Source of the DNA: Candidatus Micrarchaeota archaeon
Lineage (GTDB): Archaea > Iainarchaeota > Iainarchaeia > Iainarchaeales > JAGVWC01
DNA length: 21,024 nucleotides
Direction of reading: 5' to 3'
Assembly: GCA_043803815.1 (NCBI GenBank)
Contig: JAZDJR010000007.1
Span: 1 to 21,024, forward strand
The position numbers and the translations under genes were made by a program. Position 1 is the first letter of the stretch. The number at the start of each line of letters is the position of its first letter. The notes beneath the pieces are model-generated. The model was not told where the DNA came from. It saw only the letters and a program-made list of their open reading frames with translations, and made no database searches. Below, piece after piece: positions 1 through 8,713 of the stretch.

Positions 1-1
1 T

Positions 2-34
2 GTAGCGCACGCCAACGTGTTGTTGGCGCGCTAC
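2..34. other. GC-rich stem-loop (possible terminator or REP-like element)
   Basis: GTAGCG-ca-CGCCAAC / GTTGGCG-CGCTAC inverted repeat with a 5-nt loop, about 100 bp past the stop of the AsnB-Dph6 gene; may be cut by the window edge. Confidence 0.4.
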
Positions 35-131
35 CAGCGCGAGTACAACAAAACGCCACACTCAGGAATAAAATACCAAACACCCAACAAAATCTTTCAA
101 GAAAAACGAAAAAGCGGAGTCATATCCGCTG

Positions 132-2282
132 TCACGTAACAATTAACTTCTCTTTTTTTACAACCCATTCGCCCGTGCATTCGTTTTGCATTTTGGTTTC
201 GCTTTTTTGAACCACAATTTTTTTCTTAAAAAGCGGGCAGTCCAAAACCAAAGTTTCGTATTCCCCGCCTTCGCCGGCCATATTAATCCCGAATTTTTCG
301 TGCAGTTTTTGGAGTTCTAAAATAGTGCGCTCCGTAAGTGTTTTTCCAAGCCAGGTTTTGTCCAAACCAGCGCAGGCGATGGAAGAAAACGTTACTTCGA
401 ATTTTTTTCGCACGAGTTCTTTGAGTTCGTGTTCCTGGTTTTTGTGCCAGAGCGGGGAATATATTTTGAGGCCGAGTTCGTCGCAGATTTTTTCGATTCT
501 TTCGCGCTGGTAATTGGAAAAGAGCGCTCCGTTGACGATTCCGTCGAGTGAGAACCGTTTTTGGGCGGTTTGAATCGCTTTTTTTAAGTCTTTTAATTCG
601 ATTTCCTTGTTGCCGCGGGTTTTTTGAAGGACTAAAGGAATTTCGCTTGCTTTGCTCTGAAGTTTAACGAGTTTCACGTTAGGGGTGTGAAACATGTACG
701 AATCCTTGTTTTGGCTTTGGATGGTAATCAAGGCGTCAATTGTATAGTGCTTACTTTTTTGGATGAGCGCCGCGTACCAGCCGTCTTTTCCACCGCTGAC
801 AAGCGCGCCCAATCGTTGGTTTTGGGTTTGAAAAAACGTGTTCAAATAATCGGATTTGGTGCGGTAACCGTGTTCTTTGGCGAGTTTTTCAATAGCTTTG
901 TCCGCGTTGGAACCGTATTGCGCCGCGCGCTTTGGCTGGTTGTACAGTTCTTCGGGCAACCCCCATTTTTTGGCCAGCATTCGAAGAAGCCCCTTGGTTT
1001 GGTTAGGATTTTGTTTGAAGCGAAACGGCAACCGGACCGCCAAATCAACGACGATTGGGTCGTAGTAGGGTACGCGCAGCTCGACTTGGTTTTGCATGGA
1101 AATCGTGTCGTCGCGGTACTGGTCGTTTTCATAGGCCTTGATGACATACGACAGGGATTCGCGATTGGGGTTCTGGCTTTGCTGCTGTCGCAAATAGCCG
1201 CCGAACAGGCCGTCTGAACCCTGGCCGCTGAAAGCAATTTTGATTTTGAGTTCCAAAAGTTTTTTTGTTGCCAAAAAAAACGGCACGCCAACGCTGACTT
1301 TGGTCGGGTCCGCGGTTTCAATGGTCGAACAAACGGTTTTCAGTATTTCTGGGAGTTCTTTCAAAGAGGCGCTGGCTACGTGCAGGGAAAGCTCGAGTTT
1401 TTTGGCCGCGTTTTGGGCTTGCTTTAAGTCTTTGGGTTCCAAAAAGTGTTCATCCAAAATGGCCCCGTGCACGAGAACGGGTTTTTTTCCAAATCGAAGG
1501 CAGGCCGCGGTTAAGAGTACGGAGTCGATTCCTCCGGAAAACAACAATCCGAATTCTTTTTCCGGAATGCGTTTTCCAACCGCGGATAGCAGGCGTTTTT
1601 CAAGTTCGCGGGTGAGTTCTTCGTCGCTTTTTTCCAGTGTTGGAGTAATGGAAAAAAACGGGCGTTTTTCAAATTTCAAAGTATTTTTTTTGGTGTCAAA
1701 AAACAGGAAGTGACGGGGGTTGAGTTCGGTGGCCTTGGCAAAGCCCATTGCGTGCAAGGCTTTTGCTTCGGAGGCGAATGCAAAGCGTTTTTTTTCATGG
1801 GAATACCAGACCGGTTTGATGCCCACAATGTCGCGACCCAAGAGCACGGTGTGTCCGCGCCAATAGGAAAACGCGAAGTCGCCGTCAAGTTCTTCCAAAA
1901 CCTTTGGCCACTCTTTGGATTTGGTGTTTTCCAAGAGCAAAAACAACGTTTCGGAATCGTTTTGGGGAATTTTTTTGAATTTGGATTTGTAATGCTCCGT
2001 TAATTCTTTCCAATTGTAAATTTCGGTATTGGAAACGAGTTTTCCTTTTCCGACAAACGGCTGTGGACAAAACGAGACTACGGAGTGCAGGCAGTGGCCG
2101 ACGACATTGGCGGTTTTTGGAAAAACCTTTTTTGAAATTCCGGCAAAGTTTTTCGAATCAAGTTTGGTGTTCTCAGTTGCAATCGAGTAATGGTCCGCTC
2201 CGCGGTTTTGGATAGTCTGCATTCCCGCCAAAAGAATTTTCGCCGCGTTGGAGTCATTGAACAAGCCGATGATTCCGCACAT
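132..2282 (-). CDS. Fusion of glutamine-hydrolysing asparagine synthetase-like protein (AsnB: Ntn-GATase + synthetase) and diphthine--ammonia ligase (Dph6)
   Basis: N-terminal MCGIIG (Cys2 nucleophile), QNRGAD, NTEIYN, RDIVGIKP, LFSGGIDS, SGQGSDGLFGGY, ELRVPY (AsnB). The last ~230 aa have SGGKDG, SYMFHTPN, YQRERIEKIC, SPLW, AGEGGEYET (Dph6/DUF71 PP-loop). Confidence 0.88.
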   Translation of the reverse strand: MCGIIGLFNDSNAAKILLAGMQTIQNRGADHYSIATENTKLDSKNFAGISKKVFPKTANVVGHCLHSVVSFCPQPFVGKGKLVSNTEIYNWKELTEHYKSKFKKIPQNDSETLFLLLENTKSKEWPKVLEELDGDFAFSYWRGHTVLLGRDIVGIKPVWYSHEKKRFAFASEAKALHAMGFAKATELNPRHFLFFDTKKNTLKFEKRPFFSITPTLEKSDEELTRELEKRLLSAVGKRIPEKEFGLLFSGGIDSVLLTAACLRFGKKPVLVHGAILDEHFLEPKDLKQAQNAAKKLELSLHVASASLKELPEILKTVCSTIETADPTKVSVGVPFFLATKKLLELKIKIAFSGQGSDGLFGGYLRQQQSQNPNRESLSYVIKAYENDQYRDDTISMQNQVELRVPYYDPIVVDLAVRLPFRFKQNPNQTKGLLRMLAKKWGLPEELYNQPKRAAQYGSNADKAIEKLAKEHGYRTKSDYLNTFFQTQNQRLGALVSGGKDGWYAALIQKSKHYTIDALITIQSQNKDSYMFHTPNVKLVKLQSKASEIPLVLQKTRGNKEIELKDLKKAIQTAQKRFSLDGIVNGALFSNYQRERIEKICDELGLKIYSPLWHKNQEHELKELVRKKFEVTFSSIACAGLDKTWLGKTLTERTILELQKLHEKFGINMAGEGGEYETLVLDCPLFKKKIVVQKSETKMQNECTGEWVVKKEKLIVT

Positions 2283-2283
2283 T

Positions 2284-2484
2284 TTAAAATTTCCTTTTTT
2301 GGGGCGTTGTTTTGATTAGATAAATGGTTCGGGTGTTTGCGTTTACTTTTATCGGGCTATTAGTTATCAGGCGATTATCTTTGAGATTGCTGATGACGTT
2401 TTTGTTTTTTGACCCAGCCATTCGCATGCAGGCATCCGCGTATTGAATGCTGTATTCGCGGGAAAAAAGCCGGGTGTAGGTCAT
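2284..2484 (-). pseudogene. 66-aa ORF, possible internally deleted remnant of a PEP-utilising (mobile-domain) family gene
   Basis: Fills the gap between dus and asnB-dph6 exactly. C-terminal half (GSKNKNVISNLKDNRL...IKVNANTRTIYLIK) resembles the G-x-K-x-A-T-x-x-LKDG-x-x-V-x-VDA-x-x-G-x-V end of PEP-utiliser mobile domains, without the catalytic His motif. Confidence 0.3.
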
Positions 2485-2494
2485 AATTCTAAAA

Positions 2495-3403
2495 TTATGG
2501 AAACAATGTGTTTATTGAATTTGTGCAGTCTTCAATCGAGCGGACTTTTTCGAGTTTTTTCACCAAATCCGCGCTTTTGTTCGCGCTTGCAAACCGAATG
2601 GCCTGCTGCTTGATACGGCCGCTATGGGTAAAACCAAGTTCTTGGCAAAGGACAAGGTAGCGCTTTAGGCCGTCGATTTTTGAAATTCCTTTTTTGCCCG
2701 ATAATTCCGCAAAAATTCCGGGGTTTCCAATGGCACTGCGTGCAAGCATTACCGCTTCACACCCGGTTTTTTCAAAAATCAGTTCCAGGCTTTCCTTGTC
2801 GCGCACTCCGCCATTATTGATAACGGGAATCCCGATGGATTCGCGAATCAGCCTAACCGCATCAAAATTGATGATTCCGGTGTGGAATTGCTTTGGGGTT
2901 CGCGCGTGGATGGTAATCGCGTCGCAGCCGTTTTTTTCAAGGATTTTGGCGATTTCAACCGCGGTCTCGACTTTGTACGGAACCCGCATTTTGGCGGTTA
3001 TGGGCTTATCGGTTGCTTTGCGCATGGCACTTATGATTTCGCCGATTTTGACAGGATCGGACAATAACGCCGAACCGACCCCTTGGCTGGTGGCTTTTCG
3101 AACCGGACACCCCAAATTCAGGTCAAACAGGTCGGCTGAAGGGTCTGCATTTTGGACTGCCAAAGCCGCGGTTTTGGGGTTATTGGCAGCGATTTGAACC
3201 CCTAAAGGCCGGTCGGATTTGTGGGCTTTGGTCTCTTCCACTATTTTGGAGATTTTTCTGGCCAATGCCTCGGCGCTAATCATTTCGGTGAAAGCCAAGG
3301 CCGCGCCTTGTTCCCGGCAAAGCACCCTAAAAGCAGGGTCCGTGACCCGAACCATGGGAGCGAGCCAGAGCCTACCTGAAATCGATAAAGAACCCAGTTT
3401 CAT
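2495..3403 (-). CDS. dus: tRNA-dihydrouridine synthase (Dus family, DusB-like)
   Basis: LAPM, TEMISA, VQIA, DLNLGCP (catalytic Cys), TAKMR, IHART, NGGV, MLARSAIGNP motifs. Confidence 0.92.
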   Translation of the reverse strand: MKLGSLSISGRLWLAPMVRVTDPAFRVLCREQGAALAFTEMISAEALARKISKIVEETKAHKSDRPLGVQIAANNPKTAALAVQNADPSADLFDLNLGCPVRKATSQGVGSALLSDPVKIGEIISAMRKATDKPITAKMRVPYKVETAVEIAKILEKNGCDAITIHARTPKQFHTGIINFDAVRLIRESIGIPVINNGGVRDKESLELIFEKTGCEAVMLARSAIGNPGIFAELSGKKGISKIDGLKRYLVLCQELGFTHSGRIKQQAIRFASANKSADLVKKLEKVRSIEDCTNSINTLFP

Positions 3404-4036
3404 AACAAAATTGAAAGAAGGAAAAACTGTTAAAGGAACGGGAAGAAAAAGGTCAAAAACCCAAAAGTAGTTATGTATAAGATGTAATATCGTCGTTTGC
3501 CGTAAAAATAGTTTTTTAAATTTAACAAAAAATCGAAGTTTTTGATGTGTTAAGTCAACATCAGCAAGAAAAAAACTCTTTTCTTTTCAAAAAGACTCTT
3601 TGAAATGATATTTTTGGAATTTTTAGGACCAAACCAAGCAACCACTAACCGACCGGGGCAGGTTCCAACCCCAACTTGACCGGTTCGGTCTGTTCGGGAG
3701 CCCAAAACAGCCTCAAAACGCCAATTCTACTTGGCAAAAATCAACCAAAACCAATGGTTTGGAATTCAAATTTTTTCAGTCGATTTTATTCATTTTTACA
3801 ACAAATTCTTTGGAAAAACTGGCCAAACCCATACCAAATTTTTTCTTTTTGGAAAAAAGGGGCTTTCAGATAGGGGTCGGAGCTCGTAAAGTGCTTAGAA
3901 ACATGGGTTTCCGAACGAACCGGAAAGAATTTGTCACTATTTACAATAATTGGTGAGAAAATATGCGTTAAATACTCTTTTTCGTTTTCAAAATCAATCT
4001 ACGAAAAACAGTTATGTAGTAATCAGCTATAGGGCG

Positions 4037-4897
4037 CTAAACCTTGTTTTTGTAATATACATAATAGCCAATCAATAAGCCGAATAAGAGGGTTATCAAA
4101 ACCAAGAACAGGAGTTCAGGAGCTTGGATCAAAGAAACCGTAATCGGACTTGCCAAAGGTGCGGCCGAGGGGGTAACTATGGTCAGGTGGGGCGCTATTT
4201 CTTGGCTGGCTGTTTGGGCAATATTCCTAATGGTTTCTCCGGAAATCCAGGTATTCAAGTCACGGGCATTTTGGTCAATGGCTGTTTGGCCAACTGCACT
4301 AGCCCCGTTTTTTAGGGTCTCCAGCCCAAAACTCGGAGAAATAAAAGAGGATGGTAATTGTTGGAAGGTTGTATGGATTGCTTGGGTAATTCCATCTTGT
4401 AAAACCTGTTGGTTGGCCATTTGGGCGCTGGCAAGCGCTGACACAGCATCAGATGATGCTGCTGAAGAAGCTGCTGATTGAGTGACCGCATTTGCTATTG
4501 GAGCAGTGGCCCCCGCAACGGATGAAAGGGTTTGGCCGGCATTTTCGGCACCTATCGACCAGTACCGCTGGAATAACAGGGCGGCTGTGCCCAAAAAAGC
4601 CAGGGCGGAAGTGGCGAGCAGAACCATGATTTTGGTTTCGTCCGGATGAAGCAGTTTTTCTCCTTTTTTGGTTAAGGCGTAATATTTCCATTTGTGGCCG
4701 TCGTCCTCGATTTGGACCAAGCCCGCGTTTTTGAGGAGTTGGAGGTGTTCGGCAATGGTGGGTGCGGACAATGCCAGTTTTTGGGCCAGTTCGGTTTGGG
4801 TCTTTCGCTGGTGCCCAAGCTCTTTTAAAATTTGAATTCGCTTTTCGCCGGCCAATGCTTTGAAGGTTTCCTGGTCCAAAGTAATTTCGGCTTGCAT
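4037..4897 (-). CDS. ArsR-family winged-HTH regulator with two predicted transmembrane helices
   Basis: FKALAGEKRIQILKEL...TQTELAQKLALSAPTIAEHLQLLKNAGLV...KWKYYALT; hydrophobic segments IMVLLATSALAFLGTAALLF and LLFLVLITLLFGLLIGYYVYY flank an Ala/Ser/Gln-rich region. Confidence 0.85.
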   Translation of the reverse strand: MQAEITLDQETFKALAGEKRIQILKELGHQRKTQTELAQKLALSAPTIAEHLQLLKNAGLVQIEDDGHKWKYYALTKKGEKLLHPDETKIMVLLATSALAFLGTAALLFQRYWSIGAENAGQTLSSVAGATAPIANAVTQSAASSAASSDAVSALASAQMANQQVLQDGITQAIHTTFQQLPSSFISPSFGLETLKNGASAVGQTAIDQNARDLNTWISGETIRNIAQTASQEIAPHLTIVTPSAAPLASPITVSLIQAPELLFLVLITLLFGLLIGYYVYYKNKV

Positions 4898-4922
4898 TAC
4901 TAAAAATCCCTGAAAACCGTTT

Positions 4923-6167
4923 TTATTGGTTTGGTTTTGGAACGGAAAACGGCTTTTTCACCAGTAACCATATTTGGCGTTTCATCAGGTTGTTCGGGTT
5001 TTGGTATTCAAAAGGAAAAGAGTTTGCGAATTTTTCGCCAAACGAAGCAAGCGGATTGACGGGTTCAAAGTGATTGGAAAAAACAGCAGTGGAAATTTTT
5101 TGGTTTGGGCTTTGGAACGGAACCAGAACCGGAAAAATAACGCAAACAGTCTGGCCAGTTTTCATTTTTTGGGCCAAGGAATCGAAAAATGCCCGGTACA
5201 GCGTTTGCAGTTCAACAATGATTTGGCCTGCTTGGATTATGGTTGGTTTTTTGGTCCGATAGGGCCCCAGATACGGTTCGGTTACGACCAAATCAAACGG
5301 CACTTGCACTACGCGGTTTACGTTTTCCGCGCTGCCCAAAAAAATTTGGAACTCCGCTTTCGGATGGAACTTTTCCGTAATCCATTTGAGGTTTTTTTCG
5401 GTTTGCCGGACTTTTTGCTGGTCTTTTTCGATTCCGATTGCGTTCCAGTTTTGCAGCATCGCTTCCTGCAAAATGGTTCCGTATCCGCAAAACGGGTCAA
5501 GCACGGTGTGAATCGGTTTGGTGGCCGCAATATTGAGCAAAATTTTGGCGAGACGGATGGAGACGAGTTCTTTGGAGTCCTTGAACGGCCGGTTTTCGTC
5601 GCGGAATTTCCAGTCGTTGGGATTGGAAACCGCGACTGTATATCCCAGTTCAAATTGGGCGAGAATTTTGGCGATTACAATGTCTGTTTGATTTTTCAGC
5701 AGGTTCCATTTTAGGATTTCACTCGGAGATGCGATGTTTTCAGTGATTGTTTTTCGGTTCGAGCCTTTTTTTTGCGAGTTTTTGTAGCCTGCTGCTTTGA
5801 AAATGATTTTGAGGTGTTCGTTTGCGGTTTGTTCCTGCTGGGGAGTTAATCCGAGCGAGGAAACCGCGAAAACGAATTTTTCAGGCAATAAATTAAGCCA
5901 TGTTTTTTCGTTCAAAATTTTTTGAAAGTCCGCAGGCTTAAGCGACGGCAATGCGTGTTTTAGAACCGCGATTTTGAAAGTGCCCCCCAGCCGCTGCGTT
6001 ATTTTGGATGGGTCAAAAATTGTTCCGCTGACCAAAGCCGCGTTGGGCCAAATCGGTTCGATTATCCAGTTAAGCGAATTGGTTTTGGCGTAGTTGGCCA
6101 GCTCCGCAAGCGATAAAACCGGGTTTTTGCCGAAAAAAAATACGAATCGATTGGAAGAATCAGCCAT
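4923..6167 (-). CDS. SAM-dependent RNA methyltransferase, Trm11/Trm-G10 (UPF0020)-like
   Basis: FFFGKNPVLSLAEL start, RLGGTFKI, RDENRP, SIRLAKILLN, VLDPFCGYGTILQEA, VTEPYLGP. ATG at 6167 preferred over the upstream TTG at 6227. Confidence 0.8.
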   Translation of the reverse strand: MADSSNRFVFFFGKNPVLSLAELANYAKTNSLNWIIEPIWPNAALVSGTIFDPSKITQRLGGTFKIAVLKHALPSLKPADFQKILNEKTWLNLLPEKFVFAVSSLGLTPQQEQTANEHLKIIFKAAGYKNSQKKGSNRKTITENIASPSEILKWNLLKNQTDIVIAKILAQFELGYTVAVSNPNDWKFRDENRPFKDSKELVSIRLAKILLNIAATKPIHTVLDPFCGYGTILQEAMLQNWNAIGIEKDQQKVRQTEKNLKWITEKFHPKAEFQIFLGSAENVNRVVQVPFDLVVTEPYLGPYRTKKPTIIQAGQIIVELQTLYRAFFDSLAQKMKTGQTVCVIFPVLVPFQSPNQKISTAVFSNHFEPVNPLASFGEKFANSFPFEYQNPNNLMKRQIWLLVKKPFSVPKPNQ

Positions 6168-6274
6168 AATTGAGATAAGCCAAAACACTATTTTAAGGGT
6201 TGCGAAATAAGGCCAATTTTGAAGCAAGAACTGTCAGGCAAACTTTTTTAAGCTTTCCAGTCCGTTGGTTGGTT

Positions 6275-6496
6275 ATGGTTCGAACGCTTCGAAAACCCAA
6301 AAATGACCGAATTGAAAAGCCGGAAGACAAGGAATGGAAACAGTGGTACGAAACGCTTAGCAAAAAAGACCACGAGGCATACCTGGCTAAATTGGGCTTG
6401 ACGGACGAGGATAAAAACGAATTGGAAGAAGTCCGAAAAGAACTTAAAAACGCCAAAGCCGAACCAAAAGACGAAGACGACGAAGAAGACCAATAG
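6275..6496 (+). CDS. Small charged hypothetical protein (73 aa, acidic tail)
   Basis: ATG at 6275 with a TATA-like TTTTTAAG about 25 nt upstream; natural-looking helical K/E/D-rich composition; co-oriented with and 30 bp before xerA. Confidence 0.65.
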   Translation: MVRTLRKPKNDRIEKPEDKEWKQWYETLSKKDHEAYLAKLGLTDEDKNELEEVRKELKNAKAEPKDEDDEEDQ

Positions 6497-6526
6497 TTTC
6501 TTTAATTTCAAATCCGATTTTTAGTC

Positions 6527-7426
6527 ATGGCTGAAAACCCCGCTCCGCAGGCGAATAAACCCGTTGCAATGCACCCAAACGAACTTTCAGCAGAAAACCA
6601 AGCGGTGTTGGAATCGTTTCGCCAGGAGCTTGTGATTGCGGGTTATTCTCCCCGCACGATTAAGACGTATCTGTTTTTGGTAAAAGATTTTCTGGTTTTT
6701 TTGAAAAAAAATCCGAGAGATGCCAACCGTTCGGACCTGGTCGGTTTTATGGTGCAGAAAAAAGAGACCGGCAAGGTCTCACCGACGACTTTGGCGTTGG
6801 TTCATTGCGCTTTGACGTTTTTTTTCAAAAACTTTTTGCACTTGAGTTTGATGGAAGAAATTAAGTCGCCGAAAAAAGACAAGAAATTGCCGTCAGTCTT
6901 GACCAAGGACGAGGTAAAAGAACTGATTGCTGCGGTCAAGCGCGGAAGAAACCGATTGCTGGTGGAATTTTTATATTCAACAGGTGTTCGCGTAAGCGAA
7001 GCCGTTCATATGAAAGCCGATGACTTGGATTTGACTCAAAAAATCGGGCGCGTAAAAAGCGGAAAAGGAAACAAGGACCGCGTGATAATTTTGTCCAAAA
7101 ACTGGTGCAAGGACGCCAAAAAATACCTGAAAAAGAAAAAAATCAAAAGCGAATATATGTTTTCCAAGCGAACAACCAAAGACCCGATTTCAACGGATAC
7201 CGTTCAGCGGATTATCCGCGAAGCCTGCGAAAAAGCAGGCATTGCAAAAGAAGTTACACCACATACCTTACGACATAGCTACGCAACGCATCTGCTCGAG
7301 TCGGGGGAAAACATCCGCGCGATACAGGAATTGCTGGGTCATGCATCCCTGGCTACCACCCAGATTTACACGCACATCAGTACTGATACTTTGAAAAAAA
7401 TCAAGAATCCATTTGACCAGCTGTGA
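6527..7426 (+). CDS. xerA: Tyrosine recombinase, XerA/XerC-D family
   Basis: N-terminal SAM-like domain (YSPRTIKTY), LPSVLT, and the full catalytic set: TGVRVSE (R), KGNKDR (K), PHTLRHSYATHLLE (HxxR), LLGH, TTQIYTH (Y). Confidence 0.9.
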   Translation: MAENPAPQANKPVAMHPNELSAENQAVLESFRQELVIAGYSPRTIKTYLFLVKDFLVFLKKNPRDANRSDLVGFMVQKKETGKVSPTTLALVHCALTFFFKNFLHLSLMEEIKSPKKDKKLPSVLTKDEVKELIAAVKRGRNRLLVEFLYSTGVRVSEAVHMKADDLDLTQKIGRVKSGKGNKDRVIILSKNWCKDAKKYLKKKKIKSEYMFSKRTTKDPISTDTVQRIIREACEKAGIAKEVTPHTLRHSYATHLLESGENIRAIQELLGHASLATTQIYTHISTDTLKKIKNPFDQL

Positions 7427-7447
7427 ATCATTTGGAGGAAACATATA

Positions 7448-7468
7448 CCCCCGATTCTTCCACTAATA
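7448..7468 (-). repeat. Left copy of inverted repeat TATTAGTGGAAG-N4-GGGGG
   Basis: 7457-7468 CTTCCACTAATA is the exact reverse complement of 8088-8099; both copies are followed by a G-run. Confidence 0.6.
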
Positions 7469-7661
7469 ATGTTTTGGAAATTATGTTTCGATGTTTTTTC
7501 CAAGAAATTTTTTGAAAAATTGGTTGCAAACCCAAGAGAAAGTTATGTAGACTGTGGTTAATTTTGGGGTTTAGTTCGGGTTTGGAGGTTTTTTGTAAAA
7601 CATTAAGTTTAAATATATCATTTGGGGTTATTGATTAGTTTTATTTCTCCGGAGGGATAAC

Positions 7662-7979
7662 ATGACCGTAAACATTTCAAGGCTTTTTGGTTTGGATATT
7701 TACACCACGGACGCCGAGTATCGCGGCAAGGTTTTTGACCTCGTAATTAACCTGGAAAAAGGCCGAGTTGAAACGATTACTACGGAGCCTTTGCGCGTTA
7801 AATCCAAACAAGAAGCAAAAAAAATCATTACAGAAAAAAGCGTGCCTTACCGCAACGTACGGGCCGTCAAGGACATTATGTTGGTCGGCAAAACACCCAC
7901 TAACCCTGTTGACGAAGATGAGCCCGAATCAGTACCTATTCGCCCTAAAGCAGCTTATTTGACCCGTTACAGAAAATAA
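7662..7979 (+). CDS. PRC-barrel domain protein (similar to archaeal CdpB-type cell-division PRC barrels)
   Basis: ISRLFGLDIYTTDAEYRGKVFDLVIN...GRV and VPYRNVRAVKDIMLV match the archaeal single PRC-barrel pattern; GGAGGG Shine-Dalgarno upstream and TTTAAATA TATA box near 7608. Confidence 0.85.
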   Translation: MTVNISRLFGLDIYTTDAEYRGKVFDLVINLEKGRVETITTEPLRVKSKQEAKKIITEKSVPYRNVRAVKDIMLVGKTPTNPVDEDEPESVPIRPKAAYLTRYRK

Positions 7980-8087
7980 AGCGGTTTTTGCTTTTTTCTC
8001 CTTTTTCTTTTCTTTTTTACCGTTTTCTATTTAAATTATTTGATTATATTCCTATCTACATAATACGATTTTTTATCATATATATCG

Positions 8088-8106
8088 TATTAGTGGAAGT
8101 GTGGGG
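8088..8106 (+). repeat. Right copy of inverted repeat TATTAGTGGAAG-N3-GGGG
   Basis: Exact 12-bp inverted match to 7457-7468; overlaps a local TAATACGAT/ATCGTATTA palindrome (8061-8092) and the start of the next gene. Confidence 0.6.
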
Positions 8107-8703
8107 TCTGTGGTTCGAGCGTATTTCATTCAGTACAAGTTTATGGTGCCTGAAACCATCAAACATTCCTCGTACACCTATCAAAAACTGTTTCGTGCCT
8201 TGTACGGCTATATGCAAAACGTTTCCAAATCAAACGGAAAATCCTACAAATACCACAGAAAAGGCGTTTTGTCCGGAGTTCCCTATCTTCGCCCGGGCAA
8301 AAACTGCGTGATTATCCCGCCCCAAGTGTTTTCTCCGCTAATCGAGTTTTTTAAGACCGGCAAAAATCCGACTCATCGCTGGGTCGGCAAAGGCGACTGG
8401 AAAGCGGTTTATTACATGAATGAAAAAGAATTGCCAATGGAAAAACTGATTGCTCCCCTGGAAGAACTTTTGGACCGGACTTTTATCGGCGCTCCGGGAG
8501 AAACGTTTTCTTTATTAGAATCCGAAATTGACCGCGTTTTAAACAGCGTTAAAAACAATCAAACCGTTGAAGAAGCGTACAAAAAAGCGCTGTTGGCCGA
8601 AGCCCAAAAAATTACTACTTTTGAATGGTTCGCGTTGTGTACGTCCAAATCTCCGCGCCTGAAAAAGTTTGCCAACCTGACCAATTTGTTAAAATCGGCG
8701 TAA
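8101..8703 (+). CDS. Hypothetical protein (200 aa); N-terminal half resembles a small conserved archaeal family (F-R-x-LYGY...Y-x-Y-x-RKG-x-L)
   Basis: Long open frame with typical codon usage; GTG start at 8101 or 8110. Family resemblance is from memory only and no function is assigned. Confidence 0.7.
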   Translation: MGSVVRAYFIQYKFMVPETIKHSSYTYQKLFRALYGYMQNVSKSNGKSYKYHRKGVLSGVPYLRPGKNCVIIPPQVFSPLIEFFKTGKNPTHRWVGKGDWKAVYYMNEKELPMEKLIAPLEELLDRTFIGAPGETFSLLESEIDRVLNSVKNNQTVEEAYKKALLAEAQKITTFEWFALCTSKSPRLKKFANLTNLLKSA

Positions 8704-8713
8704 CTAATCTCCA

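Noticed and set aside
6527-7426. Integron integrase with cassette array
   Set aside because: No IntI-specific insertion before the HxxR box and no repeated attC-like sites.
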